Assembly (NCBI GenBank): GCA_964500425.1
Contig: CAZCPD010000003.1
Span: 1 to 38,201, forward strand
DNA length: 38,201 bases
Source of the DNA: an uncultured Rhodocyclaceae bacterium
GTDB lineage: Bacteria > Pseudomonadota > Gammaproteobacteria > Burkholderiales > Rhodocyclaceae
Direction of reading: 5' to 3'
How positions within the stretch are numbered: position 1 is the first letter of the stretch; each line of letters starts with the position of its first letter. Of this stretch, positions 19,529 to 30,812 are shown piece after piece. The position numbers were made by a program, and so were the translations under genes. Below the pieces are notes generated by a model. It did no database searches. It worked only from the letters and a program-made list of their open reading frames with translations, and had not been told where the DNA came from.

Positions 19529-22368
19529 AGCGCCTGCATAACTCGATTCAGATTCTGCCATTGATGGTGTTGGTCGCATTCTTCGTGGTGGCCGCCTTTT
19601 CGCTCGTCTATACGGACTGGTTGGATCGCAAGCGGCTGATCGTCGAGACCACCACGCACGCACTGGAGGCGTCCGGGCGGTTTTCGCGCCAGGCCAGCCA
19701 CGCGCAGCTCGGGGAAGCCTACCAGTTAGAGCAGGAAATCATGCTGCATCGTGCGGAAAACTACGTTGCCATGACACTGCTCGTCGATCCGGAAGGCCGG
19801 GTTGTATTTGCGCCTCAGCGCGAATGGAAAGGGCGAGAAATCGCCGACCTGATCAACAACTGGGACACGGCGCGCTTCGCTCGCGTCGTTCAGGGTATCG
19901 CTGCCGACGTTCAGGTTGATACGGAGCGGATGCGGATTTCTGCGCTGGCGCCCTACGTCGCGCCCCCGGTTCTCGGTCAGACTACCGGCGTGCGGCGTGG
20001 CGCGGTTTTCATTGAATACGATCTTTCCAGCGCCCTGGATCAGGTGCGCTACAACAACTTCATCCAGCGCCTGCCCGATCTCGGTCTGGTTCTGCTGTTT
20101 GCCCTTGGACTGTCGCTATGGGTTCAGCGCAGCGTTGTCAACCCATTGCGGGGCATTACCGAAGCCAGCCGCCGCATCGGCGAGGGTGATCTGCGCGCGC
20201 GCGCGCCCGTTGCCGGCAGCGGCGAAGTGGCCGAGCTCGGCGCCAACTTCAATAGCATGGCCGAAGCTTTCGATCGCGAACTGACGATGCGGAAGCAATT
20301 GTCGAATCAGTTGCAGCTGAGCTACGAGCGAATCTCCCGGCTAACCGCACACATCCCCGGCATCGTCTTCCAGTTTCTCATGAAGCCCGACGGGCATTTG
20401 AGCATGCCCTTCGTCAGCGAAGGCATCCGCGAAAAATACGGGTTGACGCCTGAGCAGCTGGAGCAGGATGCCTCACCCTTGCTGAATCTCACCCATCCCG
20501 ATGACCGGGCCGCGCTGAACGCATCGATCCTGGCCTCGGCAAGCACCATGCAACCGTGGGGGCAGGAGTATCGCGTCCTTCTGCCGAATGGCGACGTATC
20601 CTGGCATTCGGGTGCATCCAGGCCGGAAAAACTCGAGGACGGCAGCATTCAGTGGCATGGTTTTTTCATGGATGTCACTGAGCGCAAGAGGTCTGAAGAG
20701 CACCAGCGACTTAGCGCCAGCGTCTTCGACACGGCAGGCGAGGCCATCATGGTGACCGATGCCGAAGGCACCATCGTCATGGTCAATCCGGCGTTCTGCC
20801 GCATCACCGGCTATGCGGAAGCAGAGGTGATCGGCAAGGATCCGAGCATTCTGAGTTCCGGGCGCCATGATCGAGAGTTTCATCAGAGTGTTCGCGAAAC
20901 CTTGCGTAGCAAAGGGGCCTGGGCCGGCGAAATCTGGAACCGGCGCAAAAATGGCGAGCAATATCCCGAGTGGCAGAACATCAATGTGGTCAGGGATAAT
21001 GCCGGCAACATCACGCATTACGTTTCGGTGTTTGCCGACCTGAGCGAAATTCGCAGTGCGCAGAAGGAAGCCGAGAACCTGTCGTGGCGCGATCAGCTCA
21101 CGGGGCTGGCGAATCGCGCCCTGTTCCTGCGCCAGATGGATCAGACTCTGGCCTGCGCGCAGCGTGACAGCGGGTTTGCCGAAGTGCTGCTGATCGACAT
21201 CGATCGATTCAAGGATATCAACGAGGCTCGCGGCCTCGCCATCGGCGATCTACTGCTGAAGTCAATTGCTGAACGCCTGGGCCGGACGCTACGTCCCGAC
21301 GACGTGCTGGCGCGCCTGAATGCCGACGAGTTCGCACTGATTCTGCCGCGCCTGTCGCCGACGCGTGAAGAAGCCGGTCGCGAAGCGCTGGCCGTCGCGG
21401 AAAAACTGCGTTCGATCTTGCTCGACAGCATCGAGATGGAAGGCGAGGTCTTTCACCTGGACTCCAGCATCGGTATCGCCGTGCTGCCTGACGGTCCGGA
21501 TGAAACTTCTTCGGACGTCTTGCGTCGCGCCGACATGGCGATGCATCAGGCCAAGAACGAAGGCGGCGCCCGCGTCGTGTTCTTCGAAGCGGCGATGGGC
21601 GATACCGTCCGCGAGCGTTTCCGCCTGGAGCGCGAGTTGCGCCAGGCCGTTTCGGAAAATCAGCTGCGGCTCTATCTCCAACCGCAGGTGAATGCCATCG
21701 GCAAGCAGGTGGGCAGCGAGGCGCTGGTGCGCTGGCAGCATCCCGAGCGTGGCCTGGTGCCGCCGGTCATGTTCATCCCTCTGGCGGAATCCTCCGATCT
21801 CATCGTTTCCGTCGACCGTTGGGTACTCGCCGAAGTCTGTCGCCTGTTGGCGCGGCTGAACCGCGAGGGGCGATCGCTGCGCATTTCGGTGAACATCAGC
21901 CCGCGCCATTTCCGCAAGGATGATTTTGTCGACGAGATCAAGCGCCTGCTCGCCGCCAGCGGCGCCGATCCGGCTTACCTGATGCTTGAAGTAACCGAGG
22001 GCATGGTCATCGGCGATGTCGCCGACGTTGTCGCCAAGATGACCAAGCTGACGTCCTTGGGCATCCATTTTTCGATGGACGACTTTGGCACTGGCTATTC
22101 CAGTTTGTCTTACCTGAAGCGCCTGCCGATTCACGAACTGAAGATCGACAAGAGTTTCATTCAGGACTCGACGACTGATCCCAACGATGCCGCACTGGTG
22201 GAAACCATCCTTTCCGTCGCGCAACACTTGCACCTTCAGGTGGTTGCGGAAGGCGTCGAAACCCAGGAGCAGGCGGATTTCCTCAATGCTCGCGCCAATG
22301 TCATTCACCAGGGCTATTTCTTCGGTCGGCCGGAGCCGGTCGAGAACTGGCTGGAGCGGCTGGTCTAG
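19525..22368 (+). CDS. Membrane sensor-HAMP-PAS-PAS-GGDEF(degenerate)-EAL protein, likely c-di-GMP phosphodiesterase
   Basis: Two TM helices, HAMP, two PAS, ARLNADEF, EALVRW, DDFGTGYSS, EGVET. Confidence 0.92.
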   Translation: MKRLHNSIQILPLMVLVAFFVVAAFSLVYTDWLDRKRLIVETTTHALEASGRFSRQASHAQLGEAYQLEQEIMLHRAENYVAMTLLVDPEGRVVFAPQREWKGREIADLINNWDTARFARVVQGIAADVQVDTERMRISALAPYVAPPVLGQTTGVRRGAVFIEYDLSSALDQVRYNNFIQRLPDLGLVLLFALGLSLWVQRSVVNPLRGITEASRRIGEGDLRARAPVAGSGEVAELGANFNSMAEAFDRELTMRKQLSNQLQLSYERISRLTAHIPGIVFQFLMKPDGHLSMPFVSEGIREKYGLTPEQLEQDASPLLNLTHPDDRAALNASILASASTMQPWGQEYRVLLPNGDVSWHSGASRPEKLEDGSIQWHGFFMDVTERKRSEEHQRLSASVFDTAGEAIMVTDAEGTIVMVNPAFCRITGYAEAEVIGKDPSILSSGRHDREFHQSVRETLRSKGAWAGEIWNRRKNGEQYPEWQNINVVRDNAGNITHYVSVFADLSEIRSAQKEAENLSWRDQLTGLANRALFLRQMDQTLACAQRDSGFAEVLLIDIDRFKDINEARGLAIGDLLLKSIAERLGRTLRPDDVLARLNADEFALILPRLSPTREEAGREALAVAEKLRSILLDSIEMEGEVFHLDSSIGIAVLPDGPDETSSDVLRRADMAMHQAKNEGGARVVFFEAAMGDTVRERFRLERELRQAVSENQLRLYLQPQVNAIGKQVGSEALVRWQHPERGLVPPVMFIPLAESSDLIVSVDRWVLAEVCRLLARLNREGRSLRISVNISPRHFRKDDFVDEIKRLLAASGADPAYLMLEVTEGMVIGDVADVVAKMTKLTSLGIHFSMDDFGTGYSSLSYLKRLPIHELKIDKSFIQDSTTDPNDAALVETILSVAQHLHLQVVAEGVETQEQADFLNARANVIHQGYFFGRPEPVENWLERLV

Positions 22369-22534
22369 CAAAGCTTCGGCCGCTCGTCCATTCACGTTGA
22401 GTGATTTTCTGGCCCCTTGCGTGTCCGGCCCGGGGCTTAGCCGCCGCGCTTTCTGCGGATAGAATGGCGCTAACGCAGGCACATCCTTCCTGTTGATCCC
22501 TCACGCGACTCCGCGTGCTTCCCGAGACGATTGA

Positions 22535-25500
22535 ATGGCAAAAACCCCGCCTCCCGGCACTGATCCGTCCGCTGCCACACAACGCTGGGCACAGTGGACA
22601 GGCTGGATCGTGCTGGCCATTTCGCTGTCAATCACATTGGTGTCCTGGCGCTTCAGCGGAGTTCGGCTCGAAGATGGCCATCCTGCCGTCAGCAGCCTGT
22701 TGCTGATCGCCGGTTTGCTCATCAGCCTGCTGCTGTCCTGTCTGGTCTGGGCGCTCATTCACATCCAGCAACTCGCCGCGCGCATGGCCCGGGAAATGAA
22801 TGCCTCCTTGAGGCAGAGCGAAGAGCGCTGGAGCTTGGCAATGGCGGGGCTCGGTGGCGGTGTCACCGACTGGAACATTCAGACGGGCGAGACGGTCTAT
22901 TCCCGGCGCTGGAAGGAAATGCTTGGCTATGCCGAGGATGAAATCGGCAGCCAGACCGATGAGTGGATGAAGCGGGTTCATGCCGAAGACATGCCGAAGC
23001 TCTCGGCGAACATGCAGGCGTTGTTCGATGGCGCGATTTCCAGCGCCCGGATGGAGTTTCGCATGCAGTGCAAGGATGGCGACTGGAAGTGGCTGCTCGG
23101 CCATGCCCTGGTGGCCAGTCGCGATGCCGCCGGTAAGCCGTTGCGCCTGATTGGTACGAATCTCGACATCACCGAGAGCAAACAGGCTGAAATCACCCGT
23201 GACTCCCTGATAGCCGCGCATGATGACGCGGGCGTCGGCTTGTATGCGGTCAAGGGTTCCCGCATCGTCTATGCAAACGAGCCGTTTGCCGCCATTACCG
23301 GCTATAGCATCGATGAGCTCAAAGCCTTGCCGGATGTGTTTGCCCTGGTTCAGCCCGGCGACGTCGAACGCATCAAGGGTATCCGCCAGCACCATCTGGC
23401 CGGCGACGACCGGGACAGGCATCACCAGCTGGGCATTCTGACGAAGTCCGGCGGACGCCGCGATGTCGAGAATGCCGTGACCTATTCGGCCGATTGCGAC
23501 GACTTCGATGTCCTCGGCATCATGATCGACGTCACCGAGCGCAAGCGAGCGGAAGCCACCCGTGACGCGCTGCTAGAAGCGCATGTGGATGCCGGCGTGG
23601 GGTTGTTTGCCCTGAATCATGGCCGGGTCGTCTTTGCCAACCCGGCGATGGCGGCAATCACCGGCTACAGCATCGAAGAGCTTGAACAGCTGCCGGATGT
23701 GATCGGAATCGGCATTCATCCTGACGATCGCGAGCGTGTCCGTCGCAAGCACGACCAGCGTCTTGCGGGCGAGTCGGTCAGTGCGCGCTACGAAACCAGC
23801 ATCGTCACGAAATCTGGCGAACGACGTGAAATCGAACTGGCGGTGACCGCCACGCCGGGCAACCCGGACTTCCAGGTGCTCGGCATCATGATCGACATCA
23901 CCGACCGCAAGCAGCTTGCCGTGAAGTTGCAGGAAAGTCACGACCTTCTCACCAAGATCTCGGGCCAGGTGCCAGGTGTGATCTTCCAGTTCCGCCTCGA
24001 GCCGGACGGCCGTTACTGGTACCCGTTTATCAGCGATAGTGTCGAGGCGCTTTACGGGGTGACTGCCGCCGAAGTGCGCGCGGATGCCAATGTGCTCTTC
24101 GCCTACCTGCATCCGGAAGATGCCGAAGGTATTACCGGTTCCTATATGGAATCAGCGCATGAGATGACCACATGGCATCATGAATACCGGGTCGTGCTGC
24201 CGAAGCTGGGTGTGCGCTGGATGCTCGGCGATGCCAGACCGGAAAAACTGGCAGACGGCAGCATCCTCTGGCACGGCGTCAGCACGGATATCACCGAAGC
24301 CAAGCGCATGCAGGAAGCCCTGCGCGCCAGCGAAGAGCGCTTCCGCAGCCTGACGCAGATGGGGGCGGACTGGTACTGGGAGCAGGACGAAAACCTGCGT
24401 TTCACTGAAATCGCGGGCGGCATTGCCTATCAACAGATCAAGGCGGTTTCGAAGAATGCCGTTGGCAAGACGCGTTGGGAGCTGCTGTCCGGCCATGATG
24501 ACCCCGTTGCACTGGAGAACCATCGGCTTCAGCTGGAGCGGCACGAGCCCTTCCGAAACTTCGAGTTTTCGCGCTATGACGATCATGATGAACTGCATGT
24601 CCTGAGCATCAGCGGCGAGCCTCGTTTTGACAAGAACGGGGGCTTCATCGGTTATCGCGGCGTCGGCAGCGATATCACCGAGCGCAAGCGCACCGAGGAG
24701 GAACTGCGCCTGGCGTCGATGGTGTACCAGAACAGCAGCGAGGCGATGTCGGTCACAGGCGCCGATGGCCGCGTCATCACGGTCAACCCGGCGTTTACGC
24801 GCATCACCGGCTACGAGCCCGAGGAGGTCATCGGCCGGCATGCGAAGGTCTTCAGCATCGATCAACCGATGTTCGATGCGATCAAGGAGGCCATCGATAC
24901 CCTCGGCCACTGGCATGGCGAAATATGGAACCGCCGCAAGGATGGCGACGTTTACCCGGCCTCGATCACGCTCAATACCATCTTCGACAAGCAGGGCAAG
25001 CCCTATCGCTATGTGGCGCTGTTCTCGGACATCACCAACCGCAAGCAGACCGAGGAACTGATCTGGCGGCAGGCCAACTTCGATGCGCTGACCCAGCTGT
25101 CGAACCGCAGCATGTTCCATGAGCGTGTCGGCCAGGAGATCAAGAAGGCCAATCGCGCGGGTACCCAGCTTGCGCTGCTGTTCATCGATCTCGATCACTT
25201 CAAGGAAGTCAACGACACGCTGGGTCACGACACCGGCGATCATCTGCTGCTCGAAGCGGCGCGGCGCATCGTCGCCTGCGTGCGCGAGACCGACGCCGTG
25301 GCGCGGTTGGGCGGCGACGAGTTTACCGTGCTGCTTGCCGACCTCGAAGGGAACGACAACCCGATCGTCGAACGCATCGCCCGGGATATCCTCGACAGCC
25401 TCGTCGATCCTTTCCGTCTCGGCGAGGAGGAGGTCTATGTTTCCGCCAGCATTGGCATCACCCTGTATCCCGACGATGCCGGTGATATCGACGGCCTGTT

Positions 25501-26383
25501 CCGCAACGCCGACCAGGCCATGTATCTCTCCAAGAGCCAGGGGCGAAACCGCTTCAGCTATTTCACGCCGGAATTGCAGGCGTCGGCGCAGAATCGGCTG
25601 CGCCTCATCAACGATCTGCGCGGGGCATTGGCCGGCAAGCAGTTCGAAGTGCATTTCCAGCCTGTCATCGAACTGGCGACGGGTCGCATCGCCAAAGCCG
25701 AAGCCTTGCTGCGCTGGCGCCACCCGCAGCGTGGCTTGGTACTCCCCGGAGATTTCATCGCCATCGCCGAAGAAACCGGCCTGATCAACGAAATCGGCGA
25801 TTGGGTGTTCAGGGAAGCGGCGTATTGGGTCAAGCGCTGGAAGAAGGGACGTCATAGCGACTTCCAGATCAGTGTGAACAAGTCGCCCGTGCAGTTCCAC
25901 AAGGATGCCGGCGGTCATGTCGAGTGGCTGGAACACCTCAAGGTTCTCGGGTTGCCTGGCAACAGCATTTCCATCGAAATCACCGAGGGTGTGCTGCTGA
26001 ATGCCGATCCGGCGATCGCCGCCTCCCTGCTGGGCTGTCGCGACGCAGGGATCCAGGTGGCGATCGACGATTTCGGCACCGGCTACTCCTCGCTCGCCTA
26101 CCTCAACAAGTTCGACATCGATTACCTGAAGATCGACAAGTCTTTCATCGGCAACCTGGCCGAGGGGGCGAACGACATGGCGCTCTCCGAGGCGATCATC
26201 GTGATGGCGCACAAGCTCGGGCTTCAGGTGATCGCCGAAGGCGTCGAAACCACGGTGCAGCGCGACCTGTTGGTGGCGGTCGGTTGCGACTACGTGCAGG
26301 GCTATCTGTTCTCCAGGCCGATGCGACCCGAGGAGTTCGAATCGCTGCTGCTCAGCGACACGCGTCTGCCGCGCGAGCCTTGA
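22535..26383 (+). CDS. Multi-PAS (about six) GGDEF-EAL diguanylate cyclase/phosphodiesterase
   Basis: Two N-terminal TM helices, repeated PAS/PAC ending in D[IV]T, ARLGGDEF, EALLRW, DDFGTGYSS. Confidence 0.93.
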   Translation: MAKTPPPGTDPSAATQRWAQWTGWIVLAISLSITLVSWRFSGVRLEDGHPAVSSLLLIAGLLISLLLSCLVWALIHIQQLAARMAREMNASLRQSEERWSLAMAGLGGGVTDWNIQTGETVYSRRWKEMLGYAEDEIGSQTDEWMKRVHAEDMPKLSANMQALFDGAISSARMEFRMQCKDGDWKWLLGHALVASRDAAGKPLRLIGTNLDITESKQAEITRDSLIAAHDDAGVGLYAVKGSRIVYANEPFAAITGYSIDELKALPDVFALVQPGDVERIKGIRQHHLAGDDRDRHHQLGILTKSGGRRDVENAVTYSADCDDFDVLGIMIDVTERKRAEATRDALLEAHVDAGVGLFALNHGRVVFANPAMAAITGYSIEELEQLPDVIGIGIHPDDRERVRRKHDQRLAGESVSARYETSIVTKSGERREIELAVTATPGNPDFQVLGIMIDITDRKQLAVKLQESHDLLTKISGQVPGVIFQFRLEPDGRYWYPFISDSVEALYGVTAAEVRADANVLFAYLHPEDAEGITGSYMESAHEMTTWHHEYRVVLPKLGVRWMLGDARPEKLADGSILWHGVSTDITEAKRMQEALRASEERFRSLTQMGADWYWEQDENLRFTEIAGGIAYQQIKAVSKNAVGKTRWELLSGHDDPVALENHRLQLERHEPFRNFEFSRYDDHDELHVLSISGEPRFDKNGGFIGYRGVGSDITERKRTEEELRLASMVYQNSSEAMSVTGADGRVITVNPAFTRITGYEPEEVIGRHAKVFSIDQPMFDAIKEAIDTLGHWHGEIWNRRKDGDVYPASITLNTIFDKQGKPYRYVALFSDITNRKQTEELIWRQANFDALTQLSNRSMFHERVGQEIKKANRAGTQLALLFIDLDHFKEVNDTLGHDTGDHLLLEAARRIVACVRETDAVARLGGDEFTVLLADLEGNDNPIVERIARDILDSLVDPFRLGEEEVYVSASIGITLYPDDAGDIDGLFRNADQAMYLSKSQGRNRFSYFTPELQASAQNRLRLINDLRGALAGKQFEVHFQPVIELATGRIAKAEALLRWRHPQRGLVLPGDFIAIAEETGLINEIGDWVFREAAYWVKRWKKGRHSDFQISVNKSPVQFHKDAGGHVEWLEHLKVLGLPGNSISIEITEGVLLNADPAIAASLLGCRDAGIQVAIDDFGTGYSSLAYLNKFDIDYLKIDKSFIGNLAEGANDMALSEAIIVMAHKLGLQVIAEGVETTVQRDLLVAVGCDYVQGYLFSRPMRPEEFESLLLSDTRLPREP
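23195..23911 (+). repeat. Intragenic tandem duplication of a PAS domain (unit about 363-366 bp)
   Basis: TRD.L..AH.DAGVGL...AAITGYSI.EL..LPDV...TKSG.RR..E.AVT...VLGIMID.T.RK occurs twice; ACCCGTGAC at 23195 and 23558. Confidence 0.85.
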
Positions 26384-28907
26384 GGCGACGCAGGCTGGTG
26401 CTGGCCTGCTTGGCGAAATCAAACAGCAGGAAGCATGCGATGCCGGTGGCGCAGGCGCCCAGCCAGCGCGACCAGGTGGTCGGCGCGAAGCCGAACGGCG
26501 AAGCCAGTAGCGGCACGCAGGTGACTGCGAGCAAGCCCAGCGCCGTGCCGCCCAGGACCCAGTAGCTCACCGGATTGAGGTCGCGCAGCGTCGCCGCGAT
26601 GCCGGCGCGCGGCGAGCGACAACTGAAGATCAGCACGGCATTCGCTGCAATCAGGGTGACGAAGGCCAGCGTGTGCGCCTCGGCGACATCGATGCCGGCG
26701 TCGAGAGCGGCACGGTATAGCCAGAACACGACGAGTGTCGTCAGCACACCCTGCACCAGGCTCAGGGCGATGTTTCCGGGGGTAACCAGGCGCTCTTGCG
26801 GGCTGCGCGGCGGCCGTTGCATCGACTGTGGGTCGGCCTTTTCAGCTTCGAAGACAATCGAACAGCTCGGGTCGATCACCAGTTCCAGAAATGCAATATG
26901 AATCGGCGCGAGCAGCAGTGGCAGACCGAACAGCAGTGGGAGCATGGACAAGCCGATGATGGGAATGTGCACCGCCAGCGTGTATATCATGGCCTGGCGC
27001 AGGTTGGCGAAGATCCGTCGGCCCTGGCGTATCGCATGGACGATGGCGCTGAAGTCGTCATCGAGCAGCACCAGCGCCGCGGCCTCGCGCGCCACGTCGG
27101 TGCCGCGCTTGCCCATGGCGATGCCGATGTGGGCGGATTTGAGCGCCGGCGCATCATTCACGCCGTCGCCGGTCATTGCGACGATCTCGCCGCGCGCCTT
27201 GAGCGCTTCGACGATGCGCAGCTTCTGCTCTGGGGTGACGCGCGCGAATACCGAGACGCCCTCGATGTCGGCGCCTTGCTGCAATTCAGCGCCGGTCAGC
27301 ACGCGATTGCCGTCGATGCCGGCGTGCGCCGCGATGGCGTGGGCGGTGCGCGGATGGTCGCCGGTAATCATGACCACGCGAATGCCAGCCTGACGGCATT
27401 CCTCAACCGCCGTGGGCACTTCGGGGCGCAGCGGATCGGCGAGCCCGACAAGGCCGAGAAACTCGAAATCGAAATCGTGCTGGATCTCCGGCCACGCGGT
27501 GTCCCCGTGATGCGAGGCCTTGGCGACCCCGAGCACGCGCAGGCCGCGATCGGCCAGCGCGGCGGCCTGACGTGCAACGCGCGCGTGCGCGTCGGCGTCG
27601 AGATGGCAGAGATCGGCAATGGCTTCCGGGGCGCCCTTGCTCGCGACCGTCTGGTGCGGTTTGCCGGGCGCCTGCCAGAGATGCGACATCGCCATCAGTT
27701 CGGGCGAGAGTTCGTACTCCCGCGCCAGATCCCAGTCACCATGAAGGTGTTCGGTATTGACCAGGTGGTCGCGCGCCAGGCGGTGAAAGGCCTGCTCCAT
27801 CGGGTCGTGCGGCTCAATTTCGCTCGCCAGCACGCAATATTCGAGCAGCTCGTGAAAGTGTTCCGGCAGCTCGGCGAGCATGGCTTCGTCAGGCATGTCG
27901 AGCAGGCGCTCGCCGACGATCAGCGTGGCGACGGCCATGCGGTTTTGCGTCAGCGTGCCGGTCTTGTCGACGCAGAGCACCGTGGTTTCGCCGAGGGTCT
28001 CGATGGCGTTGAGGCGGCGCGTCAGCACGCGCTGGCGGGCGATGCGCCGTGCGCCGAGCGCCATGAAAACGATCATGATCACCGGGAATTCCTGCGGCAG
28101 CACGCTCATCGCCAGCGTGATGCCGGCGAGCAGCCCTTCCAGCCAGCCGCCGCGGCTGAAGACATAAAGGCCGATCAGCGCCACGCACAGCGTGATGCCG
28201 ATGGTCGCCAGCTGTCTTGTCAGCAGGGCGAGTTCGCGTTGCAGTGGTGAGGTTTCGCTGACGATGGTGGCGAGCGAGTGGCCGATACGTCCCAGTTCGG
28301 TGGCGCTGCCGATGGCGGTGACGCGCAGCGCACCCTGGCCGCTGGTCACCAGTGTCCCGGCGAAAACGTGCGTGCGGTTGCTGTTCTCGGCGTCGCCTGC
28401 GGACGTTGTCGCACTCGCCATGGCCTTGGCGACGGGCAGCGATTCGCCGGTCAGCATCGACTCGTCGACCGCCAGTTCATGCGCGGAAAGCAATGCGCCG
28501 TCTGCCGGCACGCGATCGCCTTCGCTGAGAATCAGGATGTCCTCGCGCACCACCTCGCGGCCGGGAATGCGCGTCACCACGCCGTCGCGGATCGCCAGCG
28601 CACGCGGGCTGGAGAGGTCGCGCAAGGCGTCGAGCGCCTTTTCGGTGCGCCGTTCCTGGAGAATGGTGACGACGATGATGATGCAGACGAAGCCGAGCAG
28701 GATCAGCGCGTCATGCACGTCGCCCATCAGCAGGTAGATCGAGCCGGCGCCGAACAGCAGCAGGAACATCGGCTCGCGCAGCACGTCGAGCGTCAGGCGC
28801 CACAGCGAGCGGCGCTGGCTGGCGCCCAGCTCGTTCCAGCCATCGGCCGCTTGGCGGGCCGCTGCTTCGGAGCTGCTCAGACCGGCGGGAAGCTCGCTGG
28901 CGGCCAT
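26352..28907 (-). CDS. Cation-translocating P-type ATPase (P2-like)
   Basis: LTGES, DKTGTLT, KGAPE, DPLR, MITGD, GDGVNDAPAL; TM4 PQEFP. Confidence 0.93.
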   Translation of the reverse strand: MAASELPAGLSSSEAAARQAADGWNELGASQRRSLWRLTLDVLREPMFLLLFGAGSIYLLMGDVHDALILLGFVCIIIVVTILQERRTEKALDALRDLSSPRALAIRDGVVTRIPGREVVREDILILSEGDRVPADGALLSAHELAVDESMLTGESLPVAKAMASATTSAGDAENSNRTHVFAGTLVTSGQGALRVTAIGSATELGRIGHSLATIVSETSPLQRELALLTRQLATIGITLCVALIGLYVFSRGGWLEGLLAGITLAMSVLPQEFPVIMIVFMALGARRIARQRVLTRRLNAIETLGETTVLCVDKTGTLTQNRMAVATLIVGERLLDMPDEAMLAELPEHFHELLEYCVLASEIEPHDPMEQAFHRLARDHLVNTEHLHGDWDLAREYELSPELMAMSHLWQAPGKPHQTVASKGAPEAIADLCHLDADAHARVARQAAALADRGLRVLGVAKASHHGDTAWPEIQHDFDFEFLGLVGLADPLRPEVPTAVEECRQAGIRVVMITGDHPRTAHAIAAHAGIDGNRVLTGAELQQGADIEGVSVFARVTPEQKLRIVEALKARGEIVAMTGDGVNDAPALKSAHIGIAMGKRGTDVAREAAALVLLDDDFSAIVHAIRQGRRIFANLRQAMIYTLAVHIPIIGLSMLPLLFGLPLLLAPIHIAFLELVIDPSCSIVFEAEKADPQSMQRPPRSPQERLVTPGNIALSLVQGVLTTLVVFWLYRAALDAGIDVAEAHTLAFVTLIAANAVLIFSCRSPRAGIAATLRDLNPVSYWVLGGTALGLLAVTCVPLLASPFGFAPTTWSRWLGACATGIACFLLFDFAKQASTSLRRLKARAADACR

Positions 28908-28914
28908 TGCCGGA

Positions 28915-29466
28915 TCAGGCGTTCTTGCCCTTTTGCCAGAGCACGTCGCCCCGTCCGGCTTCGCGGTTGAGACAGCGGGCGAGCACGAAGAGCAGGTCGG
29001 AGAGCCGGTTCAAGTATTGCCGTCCGGCATCGGAAATCGGCTCGGCGTGGCCGAGGGCCACCACGGCGCGCTCGGCGCGGCGGCAGACGGCGCGCGCCTG
29101 GTGCGTCAATGCCGCGGCGCGACTGCCGCCGGGCAGGATGAAGTCCTTGAGTGGCGCCAGATCGGCGTTGTAGTGGTCGATCGCTGCTTCCAGGCGTGCC
29201 GGTTGGCCAGCGCCGAGCAACACCGCGCCGGGAATCGACAGCTCGCCGCCGAGATCGAACAGGTCGTGCTGCACGCCGGTCAACAACTCGGCGATATCGC
29301 TCGGCAGCTGCTCGCAGAGCAGCACGCCGATCACCGTGTTGGTTTCGTCGACATCGCCGAGCGCGGCGATGCGCAGACTGTCCTTGCCCGTGCGGCTGCC
29401 GTCGCCAAGGCCAGTGGTGCCGGCATCGCCGGTGCGCGTGTAGATCTTCGACAGACGGTATCCCAT
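28915..29466 (-). CDS. pduO: PduO-type ATP:cob(I)alamin adenosyltransferase
   Basis: KIYTRTGD.GTT, GDVDE.N, QHDLFDLG, FILPGG, RAVCRRAER, YLNRLSDLLF; start at MGYRL; TATAAT on minus strand at 29491-29496. Confidence 0.93.
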   Translation of the reverse strand: MGYRLSKIYTRTGDAGTTGLGDGSRTGKDSLRIAALGDVDETNTVIGVLLCEQLPSDIAELLTGVQHDLFDLGGELSIPGAVLLGAGQPARLEAAIDHYNADLAPLKDFILPGGSRAAALTHQARAVCRRAERAVVALGHAEPISDAGRQYLNRLSDLLFVLARCLNREAGRGDVLWQKGKNA

Positions 29467-29653
29467 GTGCATTCCCGCGGAGAAAGACCGATTATAGCCC
29501 CCGGCACCCTTGCGATGCCTGCCCTGGGAGCCGCGTCCATCCTTGTTCTTCAGGGCATGCCTTGGAGAAGCCCGCCGATGCTGGCTCTTCGCGGCGTCAA
29601 AATCAGGTCGCTGCCTTGGTCGCAAAGCGGTCATGCGCGCGTCACACTGCTAA

Positions 29654-30802
<1,149 letters not shown>

Positions 30803-30812
30803 TCCTTCCGAC

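Noticed and set aside
24152-26422. 756-aa minus-strand ORF (also 21289-22482 minus and 26796-28250 plus)
   Set aside because: Antisense shadows of well-supported genes, expected from high-GC codon bias; no recognisable motifs
29467-29634. N-terminal extension of PduO or a cobalamin riboswitch
   Set aside because: Extension is low-complexity, family homology starts at MGYRL, a TATAAT lies just upstream of that start and no B12 box was seen
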